Shown here in pieces: positions 56,433 through 64,000 of a stretch of 64,000 nucleotides of DNA. The position numbers and the translations under genes were made by a program. The DNA is from Bacteroidia bacterium. GTDB lineage: Bacteria; Bacteroidota; Bacteroidia; Chitinophagales; JAUHXS01. The DNA lies in the NCBI GenBank assembly GCA_030426955.1, contig JAUHXS010000005.1, positions 49,790 to 113,789 of the forward strand, given 5' to 3'. Every line of letters begins with the position of its first letter. The stretch's first letter is position 1. The notes beneath the pieces were generated by a model, which saw only the letters and a program-made list of their open reading frames with translations, ran no database searches and was not told the DNA's origin.

Positions 56433-57977
56433 ATGTTACAGAACAACAAGCATATCATCTACATACTAACCCTTTTCTTGATTTCTGTAGGCATTAGAGT
56501 CCCCAATTTAAACAGGCCACTATCTTATCATCATGAATTCGTTACGGCACATGTGCTACGAATCTTAGAAATATGGAACGAGGAGGGAATCTCTAAATCA
56601 AACTATAATCCTAAAGTCAACTACAAAGGGGAAGAAAATAAGTTTATTAAAAATCAAGGGACAGATTTAGTAGATAAAGAAGGTAATTACTACTACTTAT
56701 CTTATCCTCCCTTCGGATATTATCTTCCTTATTTTATTGCTCAACTAACAAGACAAAATATTTCTGTATCCTTTTTGCAAATATTTAATATGGCTTTGCA
56801 TCTGATCGGATGCATCATAATTGCCTTAATTTTAAGGCTGTTTACCTTCTCCAAAGACATTTTGAATAAAACAGTTTTAGTAGCAGCAAGTTTTTATTTT
56901 CTAGCCCCTGGTCCTTTATGGTTTCATTCCAATACTTATATGGTAGATATGCTATCAGAGGTTTTGTTATTGATTCAGGTATATATTCTTTCCTTGATTA
57001 TTGTAAGGAGGAAAACTAATATAGTCCTGTTGTTAAGCCTTTTTGCTATCACGTTCTTCCACTGTTATACGGAATGGCTTGGATACTTTGTTTCTTTATC
57101 TTGCATTGGTATTTTATTATCTAGATATCGAACTCTAGACGCAAGGAAAAACATTATTATAGGTATTTCAATGGCATCTTTGATAGCACTAAGTTTAACA
57201 TTGTATCAATATGCTTCAATTGGTGGGGTTGACGCTTTTATAGAGACAGCCAATAACAAACTCCAACAGAGAACAGGTTGGAATCAGTTGACTGATTCAT
57301 TGGGGAGTTATTTGCTGAATTTTGTTCAGATAGGAATTAATTATGGGACGAGTTATTTGCCGATAATTTTATTGCTTTTAGGATTGTTAATCATGAGTTT
57401 TATTCGGAACAGATTCATCACTCCAGCCCCCTTCTCTCCCGATAGCTATCGGGAGGAGGGGAGCACTACTCTTAAAGTGTTGCTGATATTAACCGTTTTG
57501 CCAATAACCTTACACCATATGGTATTTTCTAACTTTTCAGGACATGATTTTGCTGTGCTAAAGTCAGCGGGTATTCTATCAATTATAGTCAGTTTTTTAC
57601 TTGTGCATTATGTAAAGCAGTCAAGGCTATTAGCTGTAATCACTATAATCATTGGAATATGCAATGTATCTATTTATTATTTTATCAATCGTCCAGGCGA
57701 AGTTTCATTTAGGGGAAAATCCTACGACCATTATTTAAAGCAAGGAAGTTACATTAATCAAATAGTGCAAAAAGATGAGGTCGTATTTTTAAAAGGAGGT
57801 GATCTAAGCCCACAGGTTGTTTACTATGCAAAACGAAACATTAAAAAAGTTGAAAGTATTGCAGATGCTAGACAATATCTTATAGAAGTTTCTCTAGATA
57901 AGGGCGTGCTATTCTACCTTGATAATAGCCATATGGATTATGAGCGAATCCGCATTGTTGATAACACATCAAAGTAG
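56433..57977 (+). CDS. multi-pass membrane protein, GT-C (ArnT/PMT-like) glycosyltransferase
   Basis: First TM followed by R.PNLNRPL..HHE loop, Y.SYPP, about 11 TMs, periplasmic C-terminal domain; TAATTTTG -7 box at 56418-56425. Confidence 0.65.
   Translation: MLQNNKHIIYILTLFLISVGIRVPNLNRPLSYHHEFVTAHVLRILEIWNEEGISKSNYNPKVNYKGEENKFIKNQGTDLVDKEGNYYYLSYPPFGYYLPYFIAQLTRQNISVSFLQIFNMALHLIGCIIIALILRLFTFSKDILNKTVLVAASFYFLAPGPLWFHSNTYMVDMLSEVLLLIQVYILSLIIVRRKTNIVLLLSLFAITFFHCYTEWLGYFVSLSCIGILLSRYRTLDARKNIIIGISMASLIALSLTLYQYASIGGVDAFIETANNKLQQRTGWNQLTDSLGSYLLNFVQIGINYGTSYLPIILLLLGLLIMSFIRNRFITPAPFSPDSYREEGSTTLKVLLILTVLPITLHHMVFSNFSGHDFAVLKSAGILSIIVSFLLVHYVKQSRLLAVITIIIGICNVSIYYFINRPGEVSFRGKSYDHYLKQGSYINQIVQKDEVVFLKGGDLSPQVVYYAKRNIKKVESIADARQYLIEVSLDKGVLFYLDNSHMDYERIRIVDNTSK
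57427..57461. repeat. GC-rich palindromic repeat inside CDS
   Basis: Perfect 20-bp palindrome CTCCCGATAGCTATCGGGAG (57436-57455) nested in CCCCTT...GAGGGG. Confidence 0.75.
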
Positions 57978-58021
57978 TTTGATCGTTTTTTGAATTTTTC
58001 GATTAAATTCGAAATAGTAAA

Positions 58022-59206
58022 ATGGTTTCTCAAGTTAAAGTGCGCCCCAGACATCTTGTTTTCTTAAAGGATGTTTTGATACTGACCTTCTCTGCTTTTG
58101 GAGGGCCTCAAGCACATATTGCCCTCATGCTCAAGATGATGGTCAATGATCGAAAATACCTAACCGAGGAGGAGTTTATCGAACTCAATGCACTCTGTCA
58201 GATGTTACCTGGTCCGACATCAACCCAAACGATTACGGCAATTGGGTTTAAGAGAGGTGGAGGCTGGTTGGCATTGGCTACTCTGTTTATTTGGTTCATT
58301 CCTGCCGTTACAATCATGTCTCTGGTGTCTTTGTTTTATAGTTTTTTTAAAGAGCAAGAAATCTCTATGTCTTTTTTGAGGTTTTTAAGACCTATGGCAG
58401 TGGGTTTTGTAGTATATGCTACATATAAAATATCTAAGGCAGTCATCAAGTCTTATGTAGGATGGATTATATTGGCTATTTCTACTGTTATTACTATCCT
58501 ATACCAGTTCCCATGGACATTTCCACTGATATTATTAATGGGTGGAACAATCACAAATATTACCAGTAAAGAAAAAGCCAACTTTAGAGCAGAGCGTCCA
58601 AAGTTTGTATGGCGTCATCTGGTAATTTTTGCTGTTATCTTTGTCACGGCAGCGGTAGTTGGAAAAATTACCATGTCAAAGCCAGTGTTACTTTTTGAAA
58701 ACTTTTATCGATTTGGTAGTTTGGTCTTTGGAGGGGGGCAAGTACTCATTCCAATGATGTATGAGCAGTTTGTTTCCTACAAGCAGTATTTGACTTCTGA
58801 AGAATTCTTATCTGGCTTCGGATTTGTACAAGCACTTCCTGGACCAGTATTCTCTTTTTCAGCATTTACCGGAGGCATGGCAATGGCTGACGAAGGAATG
58901 GGGATGCAATTACTGGGTTCATTGATTGGAGCTATTGGTATTTTCTTGCCTGGAACCTTACTGATATTCTTTGTATATCCTTTTTGGAATTACCTAAAAA
59001 AGTACGTTGTGGTTAAACGCTCTTTAGAGGGAATAAATGCAGCGGCATCTGGCTTAGTCGCAGCAGCAGCGTTTATCCTGTTTAATGCACTGGATTTTAG
59101 CTGGATCAACGTTGCAATAGTTATTGTCACCGTTCTATTGAATATGACAAAAATACCACCTCCGCTTTTGGTAGTAGCTGCTTTGATTGCAGGTTTTGTT
59201 TTTTAA
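58022..59206 (+). CDS. chrA: chromate efflux transporter (long-chain CHR family)
   Basis: Two homologous halves with AFGGP/VFGGG and LPGP motifs. Confidence 0.92.
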   Translation: MVSQVKVRPRHLVFLKDVLILTFSAFGGPQAHIALMLKMMVNDRKYLTEEEFIELNALCQMLPGPTSTQTITAIGFKRGGGWLALATLFIWFIPAVTIMSLVSLFYSFFKEQEISMSFLRFLRPMAVGFVVYATYKISKAVIKSYVGWIILAISTVITILYQFPWTFPLILLMGGTITNITSKEKANFRAERPKFVWRHLVIFAVIFVTAAVVGKITMSKPVLLFENFYRFGSLVFGGGQVLIPMMYEQFVSYKQYLTSEEFLSGFGFVQALPGPVFSFSAFTGGMAMADEGMGMQLLGSLIGAIGIFLPGTLLIFFVYPFWNYLKKYVVVKRSLEGINAAASGLVAAAAFILFNALDFSWINVAIVIVTVLLNMTKIPPPLLVVAALIAGFVF

Positions 59207-59253
59207 TTTAGGCAGTCCTATTTTTTGATAAACTCACAATGTAAGATATTACC

Positions 59254-59282
59254 ACCCCTAGCCCCTCCTCTAAGGAGGGGAA
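59254..59282. repeat. CCCCTCCT-cta-AGGAGGGG hairpin (REP-like; may act as terminator between convergent chrA and def)
   Basis: 8-bp perfect stem 59262-59280 preceded by CCCCTAG; resembles the flanks of the 57421-57463 element. Confidence 0.6.
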
Positions 59283-59308
59283 TTAAGATCTATTGTATGT
59301 TTAGTTAA

Positions 59309-59872
59309 CTATAACTTAGGAAAGCGCATCTTATAATCTCCGCTAATCTTTCCCTTCGAAATATCATTTAACTTTTTTCTCAAAAGCTTTCTTTTCAGGG
59401 GTTTTAATAGATCAGTAAATAAAATGCCTTCTATATGATCATATTCATGTAAGATGACGCGAGCAGAAATACCATCGTACTCTTCTTCATGTTGCTCAAA
59501 ATTTTCATCATAGTATCTGATCAAAATGCCTTCAGCTCGATTAACGTCTTCTCTAATAGTTGGAATACTCAAACAGCCCTCATTGTAACTCCAATCATCA
59601 CCATATTCTTCCACTATTTCTGCGTTAATGAAAACCTTTTTAATTCCAACTTCTTCCGTTTCTTCATCGTCATCCAACATTTGAGCAGTATCTACGATAA
59701 ATAGTCTGACGTCTTTCCCTATTTGCGGTGCAGCTAGTCCCACGCCATTGGCTTGGTACATCGTCTCAAACATATTTTCTATTAAAAGGTCTAACTCAGG
59801 ATAGTCTTTAGGAATAGGCTTACAAACTTCTTTAAGAACCGGATCTCCATAAGCAACAATAGGTAATATCAT
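59309..59872 (-). CDS. def: peptide deformylase
   Basis: GVGLAAPQIG, EGCLS, HEYDH. Confidence 0.97.
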   Translation of the reverse strand: MILPIVAYGDPVLKEVCKPIPKDYPELDLLIENMFETMYQANGVGLAAPQIGKDVRLFIVDTAQMLDDDEETEEVGIKKVFINAEIVEEYGDDWSYNEGCLSIPTIREDVNRAEGILIRYYDENFEQHEEEYDGISARVILHEYDHIEGILFTDLLKPLKRKLLRKKLNDISKGKISGDYKMRFPKL

Positions 59873-60285
59873 GATATAGTTGTATCTAAATATGTTTGTA
59901 AAATAAGCGTTGCACTAATCTTGTCAATGTTTTCCTTTTTTTGCCGATCTGATTTTTTCATGCCCATATCCACCATACTTCTTTGAGCCATCTTACTGGT
60001 GAGTCGTTCATCAACGGTTATAATATCGACTCCTTGAAGTGATCTTTTTAGAGCAATCACAAAATTATCAATTAATTTGGTGGAATTGGTATCGGTATTG
60101 TCGAGATTTTTTGCCAGGCCAATCACTACTTTATCCAACTCCTCCTTCTCATGATAGTTTTTGATGAATTGAATCACCTCATTGGAAGCCACTGTTGTCA
60201 AAGGAGATGCGATTATCTTCATTGAATCCGTAACGGCCAGTCCTACTCGTTTACTTCCATAGTCTATTGCTAAAACTCTTCCCAA
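59869..60285 (-). CDS. ruvX: Holliday junction resolvase-like / pre-16S rRNA nuclease YqgF
   Basis: LAIDYG.KRVGLA.TD, VDERLTS, D..SA..IL. Confidence 0.94.
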   Translation of the reverse strand: MGRVLAIDYGSKRVGLAVTDSMKIIASPLTTVASNEVIQFIKNYHEKEELDKVVIGLAKNLDNTDTNSTKLIDNFVIALKRSLQGVDIITVDERLTSKMAQRSMVDMGMKKSDRQKKENIDKISATLILQTYLDTTIS

Positions 60286-60373
60286 TATTCTGCCTTGTAT
60301 TACGAAAGTATTAAATTTTAGTAGTATTCAAGGCTTATTTTTGCGGTTAAAAAAATTTGATTTAACTTTGCAT

Positions 60374-61852
60374 ATGTCGTTCACTACTGATAAAATAGCT
60401 AACGAGGGATACACATTTGATGACGTTTTGGTGGTTCCCTCCTACTCTAGAGTACTTCCAAGGGAAGTCGAGATTACTACAAAAGTCACGAAAAATATTG
60501 TCATTAACGCTCCAATTGTATCTGCTGCAATGGATACAGTTACGGAGTCAGGACTTGCTATTGCCATAGCAAGAGAAGGTGGTATTGGTTTTTTACATAA
60601 AAACATGACCATTGAGGAGCAAGCCAAGCATGTAAGAAAAGTAAAAAGATCTGAAAGTGGCTTGATAACAGACCCTATCACACTCTCTGCTGATGCTACC
60701 ATAGGCGAGGCTTTAGCCATTATGAAAGAAAATAAGATTGGTGGCATCCCAATTGTAGATTCTGAAGGCAAGCTAGTTGGCATTCTTACTAATCGTGACT
60801 TAAGGTTTGAAAAGAGCTTAAAAAATAAAGTCTCATCTGTAATGACTTCTGAAAACCTCGTTACGGCACCTGAAGGGATGGATCTAAAAAAAGCAGAAAA
60901 AACGCTTCAAAAATATAAGATTGAGAAGCTTCCCGTCACAGACAAAAAAGGTAAGCTGGTAGGTTTAATCACTTACAAAGACATCATCAGAGTAAAAAGT
61001 CATCCTATTGCATGCAAAGATGAATATGGTAGACTAAGAGTAGGAGCAGCAGTCGGCGTAACGGGAGATACTTTAGAACGTGTTCAAGCTTTAGTTGATG
61101 TTCAAGTGGATGTTATTACCGTTGATACTGCGCATGGAGATTCTTTAGGGGTAGTAGAAATGATCAAAGCCATTAAAAAGAAATTTCCAAAACTGGAATT
61201 AGTTGCAGGCAACATCGCCACATATGAAGGTGCGAAAACTTTGATTAAAGCAGGAGTTGATGGAATTAAAGTTGGTGTTGGTCCGGGTTCAATATGCACT
61301 ACTAGAGTGGTAGCAGGAGCAGGTGTTCCACAATTAACAGCCATTTATGAAGCCGCAAGAGCAGTAAAAGGCACGGGTATTCCAATCATTGCAGATGGAG
61401 GGATTAAGTTTTCAGGAGATATTGTAAAAGCAATTGCTGCAGGAGCAGACTGCATTATGGCTGGATCATTATTTGCAGGCACAGAAGAATCCCCTGGCGA
61501 ACTTATCTTACTAGAAGGCAGAAGGTTCAAGTCTTACAGAGGTATGGGGTCTCTTGAGGCAATGGAAAGAGGATCGAAAGACAGATACTTCCAAGATGTT
61601 GAAGATGATATTAAAAAACTCGTTCCGGAGGGGATTGTTGGTAGAATTCCCTTCAAAGGAACATTGAAAGAAGTAATGGTGCAATATATCGGTGGACTAA
61701 GAGCAGGTATGGGTTATTGTGGAGCAAAAGACATTGCGACCTTAAAAAAGGCAAAATTTGTCAAGATTACTGCTTCAGGTATCAGGGAAAGTCATCCGCA
61801 TGATGTAGTGATTACTAAAGAAGCGCCAAATTATAGCAGTAGAGGTTTATAA
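60374..61852 (+). CDS. guaB: IMP dehydrogenase
   Basis: [18 protein letters not shown] pair, [16 protein letters not shown]; start at ATG 60374, 3 nt after TAACTTTG (60363-60370). Confidence 0.98.
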   Translation: MSFTTDKIANEGYTFDDVLVVPSYSRVLPREVEITTKVTKNIVINAPIVSAAMDTVTESGLAIAIAREGGIGFLHKNMTIEEQAKHVRKVKRSESGLITDPITLSADATIGEALAIMKENKIGGIPIVDSEGKLVGILTNRDLRFEKSLKNKVSSVMTSENLVTAPEGMDLKKAEKTLQKYKIEKLPVTDKKGKLVGLITYKDIIRVKSHPIACKDEYGRLRVGAAVGVTGDTLERVQALVDVQVDVITVDTAHGDSLGVVEMIKAIKKKFPKLELVAGNIATYEGAKTLIKAGVDGIKVGVGPGSICTTRVVAGAGVPQLTAIYEAARAVKGTGIPIIADGGIKFSGDIVKAIAAGADCIMAGSLFAGTEESPGELILLEGRRFKSYRGMGSLEAMERGSKDRYFQDVEDDIKKLVPEGIVGRIPFKGTLKEVMVQYIGGLRAGMGYCGAKDIATLKKAKFVKITASGIRESHPHDVVITKEAPNYSSRGL

Positions 61853-61855
61853 AAT

Positions 61856-62890
61856 ATGGATGCTATTTTCGAAAAAGTTAAGGCAACCGCTGAAGAAATC
61901 AATGACTACGCCATTGGTAGCTTAGAAGAGCTCGAACAATTCAGGATCAAATACATTGGAAGCAAGGGAGAGCTTAAAAACTTATTCGCTGGGATTAAAG
62001 AAGTTGCTCCTGAAAAGAAAAAGGAGTTTGGTCAGCTAGTTAACCAAGTTAAACAGCAAGCAGAGGAAAAATTTAATACAATAAAAGCCTCTCTTGGCAA
62101 TGAATCAAGTGCTAGTTCAAAAAATAGCATTGACCTAACCGCACCTGGAGAACCTATTACGCTTGGATCACGACATCCTATTTCGATTGTTAAAAACCAG
62201 ATTATCGAAATATTTTCAAGAATAGGCTTTACTATTGCAGAAGGCCCTGAATTGGAAAGTGATTGGTATAATTTTAGTGCACTTAACATGCCTGAAAATC
62301 ATCCGGCCAGAGATATGCAGGACACTTATTTCATTCAGCAAGATCCTGATATTGTGCTGAGAACGCATACTTCCAATGCTCAGATCAGAACGATGGAGTC
62401 TCAAGAACCACCAATCCGTGTCATCTGTCCTGGAAGGGTTTACAGGAATGAGACGATCTCTGCTAGAGCGCACTGTCAGTTCCATCAAGTGGAAGGACTT
62501 TACATTGATGAAAAGGTTTCTTTTGCCGATTTGAAACAAGCATTGTACTACTTTACGCAAGAAATGTTTGGCGAAGGAACTAAAATAAGGCTCAGACCAT
62601 CATACTTCCCGTTTACGGAGCCCTCAGCAGAAATGGATATTTCCTGCCTCATATGTGAAGGAGAAGGCTGCTCCGTCTGCAAACACACTGGTTGGGTAGA
62701 GATATTGGGATGTGGCATGGTTGATCCAAATGTATTGGATAATTGCAAAATAGACAGCGAAAAATATACGGGATTTGCTTTTGGGATGGGCGTGGAAAGA
62801 ATAGCGATGCTAAAATATGGGATAAACGACATCAGATTATTCTTTGAAAATGATGTGCGCTTTTTAGAACAATTTACCGGAATTAACTAG
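61856..62890 (+). CDS. pheS: phenylalanine--tRNA ligase alpha subunit
   Basis: HPARDMQDT, LRTHTS, FHQVEGL, YFPFTEPS, GFAFGMGVER. Confidence 0.98.
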   Translation: MDAIFEKVKATAEEINDYAIGSLEELEQFRIKYIGSKGELKNLFAGIKEVAPEKKKEFGQLVNQVKQQAEEKFNTIKASLGNESSASSKNSIDLTAPGEPITLGSRHPISIVKNQIIEIFSRIGFTIAEGPELESDWYNFSALNMPENHPARDMQDTYFIQQDPDIVLRTHTSNAQIRTMESQEPPIRVICPGRVYRNETISARAHCQFHQVEGLYIDEKVSFADLKQALYYFTQEMFGEGTKIRLRPSYFPFTEPSAEMDISCLICEGEGCSVCKHTGWVEILGCGMVDPNVLDNCKIDSEKYTGFAFGMGVERIAMLKYGINDIRLFFENDVRFLEQFTGIN

Positions 62891-62892
62891 TT

Positions 62893-63756
62893 ATGGGTCA
62901 TTCTTTAGAATCTATTCAGAAAATTGCTGTAGTCGGCGCAGGCACTATGGGTGCAGGTATTGCACAAGTTTCGGCATTGGCAGGATACGATGTTGTCTTG
63001 TACGACTTGAGTCAAGAAGTGCTAGACAAAGCATTGAAAGGGATCAATAAAAATTTAGATGGTGCGGTAGAGCGAAACAAAATTACAGCAGAGCAAAAAG
63101 GAGAGACTTTAGATCGAATTGTCATTACAACTGACTTTCAACAACTCAAAGCAGATGTTATTGTCGAGGCTATTATTGAGAAGCTCGATATCAAAGTAAA
63201 ACTGTTTAATGATTTGGCAACGATCAATGATGACAATGCCATCTTTGCGACCAACACCTCTTCTATTCCCATTACACAAATTGCTGCACAAGTTCCAAAA
63301 CCTGAACGAGTGGTAGGTATGCACTTTTTTAATCCTGCTCATATCATGAAATTGGTGGAAGTGATTTCCGGAGAAGCTACCAGCCCTGAGATTGCTGGCG
63401 TTATCAAAGCGTTAGCAGAAAAAATGGGTAAAAAGGCCGTGATGGCAAAAGATGCACCAGGCTTTATCGTAAACAGAGTAGCCCGACACTTTTATGTAGA
63501 AGGCTTGAAAGTCTTAGAAGAAAATGTTGCCGACTTGGAAACTATTGACAAACTAATCGAATCATCAGGGTTTAGAATGGGTCCTTTTAAGCTGATGGAT
63601 TTGATTGGTGTAGATACGAACTTTTCTGTTACCTCTTCTATGTTTGAAAGCTTCCACTACGATTCAAAATTCCGCCCGAGCAGAATCCAGCAACAAAAAG
63701 TAGCTGCCGGTTTCCATGGAAGAAAATCGGGGAGAGGGTTTTATAGTTATGAGTAG
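62893..63756 (+). CDS. 3-hydroxyacyl/3-hydroxybutyryl-CoA dehydrogenase (Hbd/PaaH-like)
   Basis: GAGTMGAG, EAIIE, TNTSS, GMHFFNP, GFIVNR, MGPF.LMDLIG. Confidence 0.93.
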   Translation: MGHSLESIQKIAVVGAGTMGAGIAQVSALAGYDVVLYDLSQEVLDKALKGINKNLDGAVERNKITAEQKGETLDRIVITTDFQQLKADVIVEAIIEKLDIKVKLFNDLATINDDNAIFATNTSSIPITQIAAQVPKPERVVGMHFFNPAHIMKLVEVISGEATSPEIAGVIKALAEKMGKKAVMAKDAPGFIVNRVARHFYVEGLKVLEENVADLETIDKLIESSGFRMGPFKLMDLIGVDTNFSVTSSMFESFHYDSKFRPSRIQQQKVAAGFHGRKSGRGFYSYE

Positions 63757-63835
63757 TTTGGGTATTTGATTTTTACAAGCGGAGGTATGGTTCTGCTTTA
63801 TAAGAAAAAAGAGAGGTATTAGAAGTTAGCCAATA

Positions 63836-64000
63836 CTATTCTTTCTCAGATAAGACTTGACCTACCAATCTGCCATCATTAAAGATCAAACGGTATCTCT
63901 TGCCATCTTCGTCAATAGCAAAGTAGGCGCCATCTCCATTTTTAACCAATTGAGTGCCATCTGCTTTCCAGTAATTTATAAGTTTATATAAATCGTCGTC
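63836..64000 (-). CDS. 3' end of a CDS running off the window; MORN-variant/YwqK-like repeat
   Basis: Open frame DDDLYKLINYWKADGTQLVKNGDGAYFAIDEDGKRYRLIFNDGRLVGQVLSEKE* ending at TAG 63836. Confidence 0.55.
   Translation of the reverse strand, partial: DDDLYKLINYWKADGTQLVKNGDGAYFAIDEDGKRYRLIFNDGRLVGQVLSEKE

Noticed and set aside
61856-62890. pheS without pheT
   Set aside because: Split pheS/pheT is normal in Bacteroidota.
5299-63756. PaaG-like, crotonase, PaaH/Hbd-like, B12-binding and biotin carrier genes as one catabolic cluster
   Set aside because: Scattered over ~58 kb among unrelated genes; ordinary dispersed Bacteroidota metabolism.

Overview
AT-rich Bacteroidota chromosomal segment, identified by TAnnTTTG -7 promoter boxes, T9SS C-terminal sorting domains and pheS without an adjacent pheT. 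The housekeeping backbone (mutL, rpoN, recA, ECF sigma, uvrA, biotin carrier, M1 aminopeptidase, gltX, fumC, purN, chrA, def, ruvX, guaB, pheS, acyl-CoA enzymes, glycosyltransferases) is interrupted by about 12 type IX secretion (T9SS) cargo genes: 7 with type-B (gliding-motility/CHU_C) and 5 with type-A C-terminal domains. Main candidates for something new: (1) three paralogous ~500-aa helical proteins with a conserved, possibly winged-helix-like N-terminus. Each abuts T9SS cargo genes, two are divergent from PKD cargo genes in a tandemly repeated module, and all three upstream regions carry a YCTTA-N6-(T/A)AAGR palindrome, suggesting an undescribed regulator-operator-cargo system. (2) A GxxExxY PD-(D/E)XK-family gene enclosed exactly by 40-bp imperfect inverted repeats built of CACAAAG heptamers, a candidate minimal mobile unit. 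(3) Small palindromic repeats, one inserted in-frame inside a membrane glycosyltransferase gene. I saw no rRNA, tRNA, CRISPR array, integrase or classical transposase. All calls are by eye from motifs; no searches were run.
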